Notes under the pieces: model-generated
Told to the model about the DNA's origin: nothing
Seen by the model: the letters and a program-made list of their open reading frames with translations, nothing else
Databases searched by the model: none
Assembly (NCBI GenBank): GCA_032718475.1
Contig: JAUCBJ010008794.1
Span: 62,001 to 126,000, forward strand
Reading direction: 5' to 3'
DNA from: Nemertoderma westbladi
Taxonomy: Eukaryota; Animalia; Xenacoelomorpha
Length of the DNA stretch: 64,000 nucleotides
Shown here: positions 25,736-37,626 of the stretch, piece after piece
Layout of the letters: each line of letters starts with the position of its first letter
Position numbering within the stretch: the first letter of the stretch is position 1
Made by a program: the position numbers and the translations under genes

Positions 25736-28700
25736 TTACGTTGGGGAGTCCCTAGATGTTTGTTGGATTAGGGAGGTTGTCGTGGGAAGAGTATCTTGCC
25801 TTCCATAGTTTCTGGACAGTTCTCGGTCTCTTTCCAGTAAACATAAATGACCAACTGGGCGATTGAGTTGTTGTGTTTCGAATACAATTCCAGGTTTCCT
25901 CTTCGTACGGGAATAGTGACGATAGAAACATCGCTTCAAATACACGACGGCCTTACAAAGCCGATTCCAGGATCTATAGTGGTCCATCGCTCCCGGCAGG
26001 AGAGGTGAGAGTCCCGGCGAGGCGTCTGGTGTTCCAGATCTCCAGTCTCTCTCTCTGATCTCCACAACAGATCGGTTCGCAGTGGGGGAGTTTAGATCCA
26101 CAGCGTCGTCCCTGGCAATGTGTAGTACAGACAGATCTATCACGGGTTTAAATAACCTTGATTTACTCGTCCGGGTTTTAGGTTTGACTTTCTCCGCTCC
26201 ATTGGCTTGTCTAATCTCAGCCGTGGTAAGATGGGGAGGCCATTCATCTTCTTTACTTAGGAAGTCGGGTCCACCTAACCAGTCTGGAGTATCTATCAGT
26301 TCTTGAGGAGTTGCTCCTCTGGAAGCGATGTCGGCTGGATTAATCGTCCCAAGGCAATGTCTCCATTGATCTACATTAGAGTTAATATCGTCATTATCTG
26401 AGGAGTGTGGTGTTCCCTCAGTTGTGGTTGTCTCTCCCTCACTGATGTCTTCTTCCCGTTCACTCACCTGATGGCCCTGATCTTTGGGTAGCCTTTCCAT
26501 GAGTGTCCTAAGGGAAGGTCCAGTAAAGTACCAACCTACTCTAGTTCTTCCCGCATAGGTTTGCAGTGGTTGCGGTTGAGCAGGCCGTTTCTCTAATGTC
26601 TCAAGCGCCTCATGCGCATTTTGGCCGATGAGTATCTGTACCCCTGGGTAGTCGGTGTTGAATCTAGGTATCTCATGCTGCTGGGTGAAATCGTCTTCAT
26701 CCCAGTTATAAGGTTCCACTTGGCTGGTAGCGAAGTTCTTTATCGCCACCATTTTTACTGACCTTATACTGTGTTCTCCTAGTTCATCCTGGGGGGTGGA
26801 CAACGCGCCTACATAGTAGTCTGTAGCTACTGTAGATTTCCAAACCTGCATAATTCCTGAAAGATTCAACTTAGTTCGGAACTTGGGTTGTCCAGCAAAG
26901 ATGTCTTCGGCTAGTTCTTTGTCGATGAATGTTCCTGTGCTGCCGGAGTCAAGGAGGGCGTTCACTATATAGCTCTTTTTTAACCCGTGGACTCTCAACT
27001 GCACTACGGGAAATTCCCGGATTCCTACGTTGGAAGTTGGCGCTTTCCAAAATGCTTGTCGGTCCGGAATAGTTAGGGGGAGCTCGCTATCGGTTTCAGT
27101 CTCATACGTAAGCGCTCGATACACCGCGGTGTTTGTCATATAACAGGATTCATTTTCGTCGGAGAATTCGTCTGTGTAGAATCCTTCCATCTCAGAGCTG
27201 TGGTCAGTATCGTTCACATCACTGAATTGGACATGTAGTTCGGGCTTACTTACCTGACTCGTGCGGGTTCTTTCAAATTCTGTGTGCAGCAAGATATGAT
27301 GTTTCGCGCCGCACTTAGCACACCTAGCATCTGAGTAACAGGTCCGCCGTTGGTGTCCTTGTCTGAGACAATTATAACACAACCGCTTATCCCACATGAC
27401 ATCACGTCTATCCTTTAGGGATTTCTTTAAGAATTCATCACACCCACTCAAGCGATGGGGCCCGTCACACAATACACATTTGGGCTTGATGTTACTTACT
27501 TTAACCTGTGCTGTGTGGTGCACACTTGTTCTTTCCTCAGGCTTTCTTCCATGGATTTTCTTAGGAGACGTAGGAGTTTTTGTTACCTGTTCTCTCCTGT
27601 CACTGGTTCGAGACTTAAATTTACTTATGTCTTTAGGTGCTTTGTTGACATAGTAAGATCTTTCGGTGTCTTTCCCGCTGTTTTCCTCGTGGGAAGTTTG
27701 GCTTTTGTCATCGTCGGTATAACACACTGGTGTTACCTTTCGCCTAGAAACGGAATTTTCACTTACCTCACTTTCAGGAGTCTTCTCTCTAGACTGTTTT
27801 AGGAGTTGTAATCTTACCTCTCGGTTTAAGAATGACAGAAGGTCCATCATGGTTGGATCTCTATGTTGTTGGTGCATCAAATAGAGAACCTTTTTGTCCC
27901 AGCGAGTACCTACTTCACCCTTTGGCAAAGCTGATGCTAAGGCTCCTACAACCATAGAATTCTGGTATTCATGAGACTTACCTAACCAATCTAGTTGTCT
28001 ACAGATCTCCTGAATCTCATCGGAAAACTCTATAATCCCGCTGCTAAGGAACTTTCGGGGCGCTACTAATTTCGCATACAAATACCTAGCTATGTTTGTC
28101 CTATTACCATACCTGATGTTTAGTGTATCCCAAACTTGTCTTAATCCATCTGGATGTCCAATAAACTTTAACGCCATTAATTGGGAGGTCCTTCCAAACA
28201 CTCGATGAGGAATCTAAGTTTCTCTCCATTAGATAGTACAGAGTTCTGTATGTTATCTTTGTAATATTCATTAAAAGGTAACCATTTCATCTCATCTCCA
28301 TTGAACTTGACGATCTCTCCCACCTTTACCGCTTACGGGCTTCGGTTCTAGCCATTTGACGCGTAAAACTTTCTTGGGCCATCGTATTATTTAATATCGA
28401 GTTATCGGTATATAAATTTCTAGGATTATGATCAGGTCTATATGGAATATCATTGTCAACAGGTTTATAATTACCCTTAATAGGGTTTACTATAGGAGTT
28501 TCTACTTCACTAGCAGTATAGATGCGTGTAGGCTCCACACCTTGCGCATGAAATACTTCAGACCTAACAGGTTGACACATTGTTACAGAGGGTGGTGGTA
28601 TACTCCTTTGTATATTTACTAATTTATTGCATTCTAACGCGATACTCTGCTGCACTTCTTGCAACTCTAACCTACTTTCCCTTACTGTTCCCTTGAACTG

Positions 28701-30772
28701 TTGAACAGTCTCCTGCATCCGCCCGAGCAGGAGATCCATCCCCCGCCATCCCTCATCCACCCACTCGACCGCCGAAGCAGGAGCCGCCAACATAGTAGCG
28801 GGTAGACGAGGGACGACGGGCGACAAATCGTTGATGTCTTGCTCGGCGTCCAGGACTGGGGCGGATTCAGGGCCTATTCTACTGGGCACAGGTAGTTTAG
28901 TACTGTGCAAAGGGAATTTAGAGTTAGGTTTTGGAAGTACAGGGGTCTCTATCACAGAGGGAGTGGCTTTGAGAACAGGCCTAATTATTTCAGGCTCATC
29001 TACTATAGTAGGGAGTCTTTCTTCCCTAATAATTTGGTCTGTAGGCGCAGGATTACTCAAATCTACACTAGCTAGTTGCCTTCTCACGGCTGGAGGCAAA
29101 TCAGGCAATTTCTGCCGGTGCAGGGCCCTTCTACGTCTGCTGGAACGAGATTTATTTCCTCTACCTTCAGGATCTGTTGTATCGCCTTCATCAGAGGATG
29201 TAAATCCCTGTCTCTTGGGAGTAGATCGACTTATCAGCTGCATCTGACTAGCTGTTAACTGTTTATTCATGTAGTCTTGCTTCTCTTGAAGATTTTCCAA
29301 CTCTAGTTGGGTTGTCTCTTCAGATGCCTTCCGTTCTGCTTCTACCACTGCCTCCGCCGCAGTTCTTTCGGCTTCTGCCGCTGCCGATTTTCTTTCTGCC
29401 TCTGCCACTGCCGCTTTTCTTTCTGCCTCTGCCGCTGCCGCTTTTCTTTCTGCCTCTGCCACAGCAGCTTTTCTTTCTGCCTCTGCCGCTGCCGCTTTTC
29501 TTTCTGCCTCTGCCACTGCAGCTTTTCTTTTCACTTCTGCCGCTGCTGCTGTTGCTGCCTTTCTGTCTTCTATTTGTTTTTTCTTTAATTGTTCTTCCTG
29601 TTCCCTAACGATGCGGATTCTTTCATCAAATTTAGCTCGATCCGCTTCTAACCTTTCCGCATCTATTGCGTCCAACACAAACTTGGCTCCTTCACTATTA
29701 GGACGAAGTCCAGCCATCCGTCTCCTCAACTCTTCGTCACCTAGAAATCGTTGATAGACCGACAGATATATGTCAATAGCGTCTTTCTTCTGAGGTTTCT
29801 CTGCTGTCGCTTCGCTTCGCTTTCCACTTGAGAAAAGGTAGTGTCTGTTGATTCTCCATGGGTTGAGCGCTCAGCCAGCTGAAATTTCCACTGGGCCATT
29901 CCTTGAACTTTGAGACCCACCCGCTGGAATCAAGTCTTTACGGCAACTTGCAACGACGTGTCTTGGCTTCTTTTCGAAGCTTCCTCAAAGGCCGATAGGA
30001 TTAGTCTGATTCTTAGAATTCTTTCTCGAACTTGATAAAGCAGCTCTCCCTGCTCTTGAGGTCCTTGGGGTTGTTGAAACAGTTGTTCCTCTAATCGCTC
30101 CAGAGAGCTGAAGAATCCCTGTACATATCCTGCTGCTGACCTCTTCCACACAGCTGGATCTCTAGTGTCCCTTACCACTCCCATCCTGTATAAGTCCTCC
30201 CAGGCAGCTTCCGATAAGTTAAACGGGAGTCCGGGTCCGGGGAAATTCCATTGCGTCTCGACAATAGACTTCAGTTCCTCCTTCGTGTATCCCACATAAC
30301 TGTCCTTGGTCGATCGCTTACTTCTCGCTCAATCCATTTGATGTTCCTCCACCGCAATCAATACTCTAGTGAGTACGGCTTCAGGAAGAATGAGAAGTGG
30401 ATCCGAATAAACCGCTTCTGCCATCTTTGCTCCGCGCTCGGTTGTCAACTCTACAGTATCTGAACTACTGGAGCTATCGGGCCGCTGAGAAATAAGTTCT
30501 CGGCTCGGGTGTTGCTGTTGTTTAACAGCTGCCTCTTGGTCCCGCTTGACTTGAGACCTAGTGCCTATGATAGACCTATGGTGCTCTACTAGCCTAGGGT
30601 ATGACACTACTACTGTAGGGATGACCTTGCTTACAGTAGGAGGGGACTTGGACTTTGGTCTCAGACGTTCTATACTCTTAGCTGAGTCCCAGATCTTTTT
30701 AAGACCCTGTCTAACACTCATTCTAGCACTTTCTAAGAGACTATCTGACAGTGTTTGTTTTGTGTCAGACAT
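25736..30772 (-). pseudogene. Gag-protease ORF of copy 2, frameshifted
   Basis: Segments 30772-30329, 30295-29930, 29729-28326 and 28201-25736; all except 30295-29930 are homologous to 7766-12187. Confidence 0.9.
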
Positions 30773-30876
30773 GTTTGATTGTACAGTTGAATGTCTACTA
30801 CTATAACTACAGTTAAAGTAAGTGTTATTAAATTGTAAATTTAATAATTAATTAATTAATAATTGTAAACAGTAAA

Positions 30877-33800
30877 TTGTTGTTTTATTTCTGTTGTGGT
30901 TCGAATGGGTGGTTGAATGTCGTCTATTTTGTGCCAGACTACAGCTGCAAAATATGGAATGCACTAGCTTGTGGAATTAACATGCATATTTCCTTTTACC
31001 TCTTATTTTTCTCGTTTTGGTTAATTTTATATTTTTGTGTGTTTCACTATTCGCCTATGCAGCTCTCCATCGCATTACTATTTCAAATTTTATTTTCTAC
31101 ACTGTATCCATTTATAAATAATGGGTATTGATATTGGTCAATGGCGAGCTGCAATAGGTAATTTTCACAGAAACCTTTGTAGAATATCTATGCCCAATGT
31201 TTTTGCATCGACTTTCATTGGATTTTTTTTAATGTTCAACCAATTAATCATTTTACTTTTTGCTATTGTAATTTTTTTGCTTGTTGCTGGTGATGTTCAC
31301 CCCAACCCAGGGCCATCGCCAATCCGTTTTATGCAAACGAACATCCGATCGTTAGTTGCAAATTGGGACTTTCTACCTAATAGGCTATATATGGACTTTG
31401 ATATTATCGCTGTAGTTGAAACTTGGTTTATGGCCAAACATAAATCTGAAATGTTTAGATTATCCAACTTCTGTGATCCTATTAGACGAGACCGAAACTC
31501 ACTTGGGGGAGGCCTCGCCTTATATATATCAAATTCCATTACTTATAAGCGCGATTTATTAATTGAATGCATTGCACCTAATTATGAATCATTATGGCTA
31601 TCCTGTAAATCAGCAAACAAAAAATTTATTATTGGGCTTTTTTATAGACCCGATCATACCGATACCATGTTTTGGGAGTCAGTAAATGATATGGTAAATG
31701 AGGCTAAGGGAATGGGCTTCCATGAAATTATTTTACTAGGTGATTTTAACCAAGATCTACTAACTGTGGAAAAGAGTCGTAATTTATGTAATTTTATTTC
31801 CCGCCAAGGTTTTCTTCAATGGGTGAGCGAGCCAACACGCATTACTCCAACATCTTCATCTCTCCTTCTGCCTGTAATTACCTCCTTACCGAATGTCGTA
31901 TCTGGAGTTCACGTTCTGTCACCTATAGGTAGCAGTGACCATTCTGTTGTCTGTTTTAAATATAATTTTCCCATTAACCATGAACCAGCATTCTCTAGGA
32001 GGATCTGGTTATATAAACATGCAAATTTAAATTTATTTCGCCAACTTTTAATTGCCGCCAATTGGGACAACATATATAATGACTTCCATACTGTGGACGA
32101 GGTCGTATCGGCTTGGGTTTCAACATTTATGTCCTGCGCCAATACTGCAATACCGAACAAGGTTATAACTGTCAGGCCTAACGATAAACCCTGGTACACA
32201 ACGTATTTATGTAAGCTATGTCGCAAAAAGAGCGTCTCCACAAACTGGCCAAAAATAATAATAATTCTAGCTCTTGGTTAGCCTTTTGCTCAATACGTAA
32301 CCGTTACATATCGGATTGTCGCACTGCAAAGAAAAATTATTTTAGAACACTTTCAAATAAACTATCAAATTGCTCTGTTTCTAGCAAACAGTGGTGGTCT
32401 ATTTGTAAATCCCTTATAGGCACCGAGCACCATCGTGATATCCCAGTCGTCTCATATAACAATGTTACAGCTGTGACGTTACTTGAAAAGGCAGAACTTT
32501 TTAACTAATTTTTTTGTGATCAATATATACTAGATGACTCATCATTCGTACTACCAGCCAATGCAGTACCGCAGCCTACTTTAACTACTGTAAATTTTAA
32601 CCAGGATAGTATTCTGTGCGACCTGAAACTTATTGACTCGGATGGGGCTACTTGTCCCATTGATGATGTATCTAATAAAATGCTCAAAGCCGGCCTACCC
32701 GTTGTTATTCACGAAACAGTCCGTTTGTTTCAATATATTTTTGACAATGCTACACATCCTAAAGCCTGGAAGTCTCGTTTTGTTTTTCCCTTACCTAAAA
32801 CTGATATTTTGTTTTTTTGTGCCCATTTCAGGCCTATCGCACTGACGAGTAATTTGGGTAAACTTTTCGAGCGATCGGTACATAGTGTTCTTTACAACTA
32901 TATCATTAATTTCTTATCCAAATTTCAGTCTGGTTTCAAAAAGGGTGATGGGACTATTTACCAGCTGATATCTTTATACGATGCACTAGCCAAGGCACTC
33001 GATTCTGGGAAAGAAGTTCGCATTGTTTTTCTCGATATAAGCAAAGCGTTCGACAAGGTACATCATAAAGGTTTACTCTACAAATTGGCTAATATGGGCG
33101 TGGGGGGAAATTTTCTTTCATGGATATCTAGTTATCTTGCTGACAATTTTCAGTGTGTCGTTGTTAACGGGGCCACTTCATCGTGGCTTGCCGTCCTAGC
33201 AGGTGTTCCGCAAGGTTCGGTTCTAGGGCCGCTCCTCTTTCTTGTGTATATCAATGATATAGTCGATATTGTTAACAACAACATTAGTTTGTACGCTGAC
33301 GATACTGCCTTATATGTTGAAGTAAATAGCCGCAACTCCATGTCTTCATCTGAGTCACTTAATCGGGATCTCAATTCCATCTCTCAATGGGGTGCAACTT
33401 GGCTTGTTACTTTTAATGCATCCAAGACTGAGTCTATGGTTCTTTCACATCGGAAAACCAGGGACTCCGGTCACACTGTGTTGTCCTTAAATAATATCCC
33501 CATTGTTGAGGTTAATGAGCATAAACACCTCGGCTGTATACTGACACCAGACTTAAAGTGGCATTTGTAGATTAATTCCATGATTAGTCGTGCAAGTAGG
33601 AAATTGAACATGTTGCGCTCGGTAAAATATATTGTCAACAGGAAAGCTCTTAATAATATTTATGTTTCATTTATTAGATCTACCTTAGAATACGCTAGTC
33701 CAGTCTGGGATAACTGTTCAGAGGAATTAAAAAACTCCCTGGAACTACTGAACAAGGAAGCGATTAGACTAATCTGCAAATTAACAGTATCTTGTTCTTC

Positions 33801-35215
33801 CTCTAATTTATATGCTGAGTCTGGGCTATGTACTCTGCAAGAGCGCCGAAACTTTCCGAAACTTGTAATTATGTATAAAATGATGAACGGGTCCGCCCCT
33901 GGTCACTTAAGGGCCACTCTCCCTTCAACTTTTAGCAGTATTAGCCAACGGGCCACTCGCAATTCGGCAGACTTGCGTCCTCCTTTTGCTCGGACCAATT
34001 TCTATAAAAATGCGTTCTTACCATCATCAGTAAGGCTATGGAACACATTGCCCATTGAGATCCGTAATTCTGAAACCCTCCAATCCTTCAAAACTAACAT
34101 ATACCCCTTTGTATGCAATGTCCACTATGTTCCACCATATTACTTAATGGGTTCGCCTAGAATAAACAGTTTGTTATCCCGCCTGCGGTGCAATTGTTCA
34201 TCTTTAAATTTCGACCTATTTTCAAACTTCATCAAACCATATAAAAGTTGCCAGTGTGGTCACGTTAAAGAGGATGCATTCCATTACTTCTTTGAATGTC
34301 CTTTGTACCATAACTTCCACCTCATTATGCAAGCCAATATTGTTTCTCTTGGTTTCCGTCCCTCATTGTTTCTATTATTGCAAGGCCCCCAAAATAAGAA
34401 TGATCTGAACGGGGCCGAATCAATAATTTATGCAATCACTGATTTCGTAGAGAAGACAGGAAGATTTAACCATTTGGGGTACTAAAATAACAATAATAAT
34501 AATAATAAGCATAATAATTATAATATAAAGTGCCGTAATTTGTTTTTATTTCATTTATAAATCTAAAAATAAATAAAAGTACGTCCTGCTCCAGATTACG
34601 GACTGTTACCTGAAATTGTATGTTGTTGTTATATTTTTTAATTTATTTTCGTGGAGCCATAGAACGAGTTGGAGGCAACCTGGGTGATTAAACAAATTTA
34701 ACCTGTACAATATTACATTTCATGTTGCAACATGTAGCATTATTCATTGTACGAGCTATTTATTTAGTGCCTATTATACTCATTGCAATACTTAACGCTA
34801 ATTAATATTACACTAAGAAATTGTAATATTGTATTGTAATAATGTATTTTATATTGAATTATTTTGTAATTTGGTTTTGATTATATATAATCGTCTTACT
34901 TTTGGGTGTAGTTCTATCTAACTCTAGTATGGATCGTTAGTGCATACCTCTGCAGCAGTCTGGGCGTGTATGTATGAATGTTGTGTATGTTTGCGTATGA
35001 GTGGTGTGTGTACTGTTTGTATGTATGTGTTCAATGTTCGTATGATATGTGTGCTAGTTGTATGTCATATTTTTTTATTAAGAATATCAATCTAAAATAT
35101 ATTGGTGCCGGTGCAATTTATATAGTTTATCGTTATGGATGAACGGGCTTAACATAAGCTTAGGCTTGTTGCCCAATCATCCTCACCAATTGAGGTAAAT
35201 AAATGTTAAATGAAA
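30877..35215 (+). mobile_element. CR1/L2-group LINE (EN-RT, disrupted), with an N-terminal 2A-like motif
   Basis: EN: NIRSL, ETW, GGG, YRP, GDFN, SDH. RT: FRPIAL, FQSGF, LDISKAFDKV, GVPQGSVLGP, YADD. Long 3' UTR ending aataaatgttaaatgaaa. Confidence 0.9.
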
Positions 35216-37548
35216 TTAAAACTCGATTAGTCCATTGGAATCTAGACGTATTATTCGAGGAGGAGAAAATCCAAAGATATGGAAATGTGGAGACGTATAC
35301 CACTCGATATATGAAGTATAGTGATCTCCCTGACGCTAATCAATGCGCCACCTTGTGGCATCCGGTAGGGATGACCCTCGAGAACGCCACCAAAGAGTGG
35401 AATGAAACTCTTAATATCATTGAGATGTATGGCGTTGTTACTTATGATAACGAAGGTAGCGTTCCAATCGGAGAGTTAGGAACTACGCGCATGATACATA
35501 TACGCGGATTAGCTGGCTCCACTCACGTGTTTACGCGAGCGTGTTCCGACGTGATCGATTATTCCTTCGAAACTCTCACCGAAACGCAGAAGAATCTCCG
35601 ACATGGACAATTCGAACTCGCGCAGCGTTACGTCATCGACACCGAACGCAAACCGGCCATGGGTATCGATGGATCGATGTTACCCCAACCCGTTCTCGAG
35701 ATGTTATTCAACGAAAGAATCGTTAAAATCGGCTCAGCTGTTTATGGAGATCTCCAAAACGACTTTCGGAATATGGAGAATATCCCCTATCCTTTCGTGG
35801 ATACTCAGCTGATAGCGCCTTGGGCCGAAGGCCGAGGTTTCTTTCGCACCATGTATGCTAATGTGTCTAGCAACATTACAAAGGTGCAACGAACTTCCAT
35901 CGGACATCTTGCCTTTCAGGAATACGGGTGGAATTTCAAGGTCGGAAATCCCATCAACTATCAACAAGTATACGGAGACCATTATTCTCGATTATACTTT
36001 GACGGACCATTAACCGCACCTGGCGCCGTGTATAGCTTTATGAGTGTTCCACTCCGACCCTCCTTAGCTATCTACACGATCTTCGAAAACACCGCACTTT
36101 CCGGTTGGCTAGCCGATGTGTGCAGTCGTACTATACGCGCCCATCCATTAATCCTTGGGACCAAACTCGCTAAGCTAGATGAACATAATAAATTCATCCG
36201 CTTTGAATGTTTCCGACGGTTTTTAACCCCGTTTCGCAACGTGGATAGCCAATTCAAAGACCGCGCTTTGACCAAGCTCAGCTTAAGAGACTCAGCTGCG
36301 GAGAAGTTGGATAGCGCTGGATTCGCTATTTTCCGAGACATTTGTGTGATAAACCTGCACTCCTCGGTTATCCAAAGACCTCGGATCCCCACCGGTTATT
36401 CTGTCGTGGAAATTCAGACGGTAGGTCCACTTGAGGAGACGGCCATACCTACCTCAACTATACAAGGGGAAGACGAACCCATATGTTTAGAATCGGAAGA
36501 GATTCAGCCCCCCACGGCTCGGAGTAGCGATAGTGACTATATATTGGAATGGTATCAAGGTCCACAGTGTCTTACTGCGTATGATTATCGCCATGCCAAT
36601 TATGTTTCTCGACAACGTTGTCGGCTGTGCGCATCGAGAGACCATATTACGTCTATGGACACCAACGATCTTTGTTCCTATTTCCACGAGCAACCGTCGA
36701 TGGAAATCTATTGTGCATATTGTCGGCTTAATAATTTGCACATTTTTGCCGTCTGCCCCCAATTTATGACTCAATGCCATCATTGTCAACTAAAAGGACA
36801 CGCCAGCTTTGATTGTCCCTTTAACCATGATTTAGAGAGCGTAGATGAAATGATTGTACTACGTTATATCAGAGCTTGGGAAGCGAACGCTGATTTACAT
36901 TGTGACTCACGCCATCGCTATTATCCCGGACGCGCCTACGAAGGAGTTTATGCGTTCCATCCATATTTGTTTGCCTCCGTCGAGCAGAAATCGCGCCTAT
37001 CAAGTTATGAACTATTGAAGCGCGTTGGAGAATGTATTTCAACCAAATATGTACGTAAATTTCTCAGGAGCATTAATCCGAGTGACATCCAGTCTTACAA
37101 CTTAATAAACTTTATCCGTCAGGACCCTGCCTATGGAGACTTATTCGTCAACTCACACCCTGAGTTACAAGAAGTATATCGACGGCCTTACGAGTATCGA
37201 GCCCGCGAACGCGAGTTAGAAAGAACCATTAAACCAAGGAAGTTTCTAACTGCCTATGGTCCACCCACGGCCCTCGTTCAGACCACTCGTAAAGGACCCG
37301 TAAGAGCGGCTGTCTTGAAACGAGCTCTCAAAGCCGTTAGACCCCTCTCCCCGGACGTTGATGTCAATCAACCCGGTACTTCGACCGGTGGATATACCGA
37401 TCGCAATCCCATACCTTCTGATGCAATCATATTGCACCCTTCACCCAGGAGTTATAGCCCTCCTAGTAAAGTGGCTCGCCCCAAAGAGAAAAGGACTCTT
37501 GCTAGCTTCAAAAAACTGCGTAAACGCCGTCCGCGCAAGAAAGACTAA
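35203..37548 (+). CDS. BEL ORF2 3' part: DEDDy-like (RNase D/WRN/Mut-7) exonuclease + three zinc knuckles; 5'-truncated at the LINE
   Basis: ExoI VVTYDNEG; LPQPVLEMLFNERIVKIG..VYGDL (ExoII); FVDTQ; SIGHLA; PLRPSLAIYTIFE (ExoIII). Knuckles CRLC..H..C, CAYC..H..C, CHHC..GH..C. Followed by PPT and LTR. Confidence 0.7.
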   Translation: MLNEIKTRLVHWNLDVLFEEEKIQRYGNVETYTTRYMKYSDLPDANQCATLWHPVGMTLENATKEWNETLNIIEMYGVVTYDNEGSVPIGELGTTRMIHIRGLAGSTHVFTRACSDVIDYSFETLTETQKNLRHGQFELAQRYVIDTERKPAMGIDGSMLPQPVLEMLFNERIVKIGSAVYGDLQNDFRNMENIPYPFVDTQLIAPWAEGRGFFRTMYANVSSNITKVQRTSIGHLAFQEYGWNFKVGNPINYQQVYGDHYSRLYFDGPLTAPGAVYSFMSVPLRPSLAIYTIFENTALSGWLADVCSRTIRAHPLILGTKLAKLDEHNKFIRFECFRRFLTPFRNVDSQFKDRALTKLSLRDSAAEKLDSAGFAIFRDICVINLHSSVIQRPRIPTGYSVVEIQTVGPLEETAIPTSTIQGEDEPICLESEEIQPPTARSSDSDYILEWYQGPQCLTAYDYRHANYVSRQRCRLCASRDHITSMDTNDLCSYFHEQPSMEIYCAYCRLNNLHIFAVCPQFMTQCHHCQLKGHASFDCPFNHDLESVDEMIVLRYIRAWEANADLHCDSRHRYYPGRAYEGVYAFHPYLFASVEQKSRLSSYELLKRVGECISTKYVRKFLRSINPSDIQSYNLINFIRQDPAYGDLFVNSHPELQEVYRRPYEYRARERELERTIKPRKFLTAYGPPTALVQTTRKGPVRAAVLKRALKAVRPLSPDVDVNQPGTSTGGYTDRNPIPSDAIILHPSPRSYSPPSKVARPKEKRTLASFKKLRKRRPRKKD

Positions 37549-37626
37549 CTGTTTAGAGTATTTTTGTATTTTAGAAACTGTGATTTTGTATATTTTATAG
37601 ACTTAAATCCCATTTTCTGGGAGCGG

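Larger units (their letters stand above)
21269..30875 (-). mobile_element. BEL/Pao copy 2 (5' LTR lost)
   Basis: Collinear with copy 1 from the leader through ORF1, spacer and ORF2, plus a full 3' LTR. Confidence 0.9.

Noticed and set aside
35203-37548. env gene or host gene
   Set aside because: No signal peptide, furin site or TM segment; it is intronless and tied to the PPT/LTR and to other element copies.
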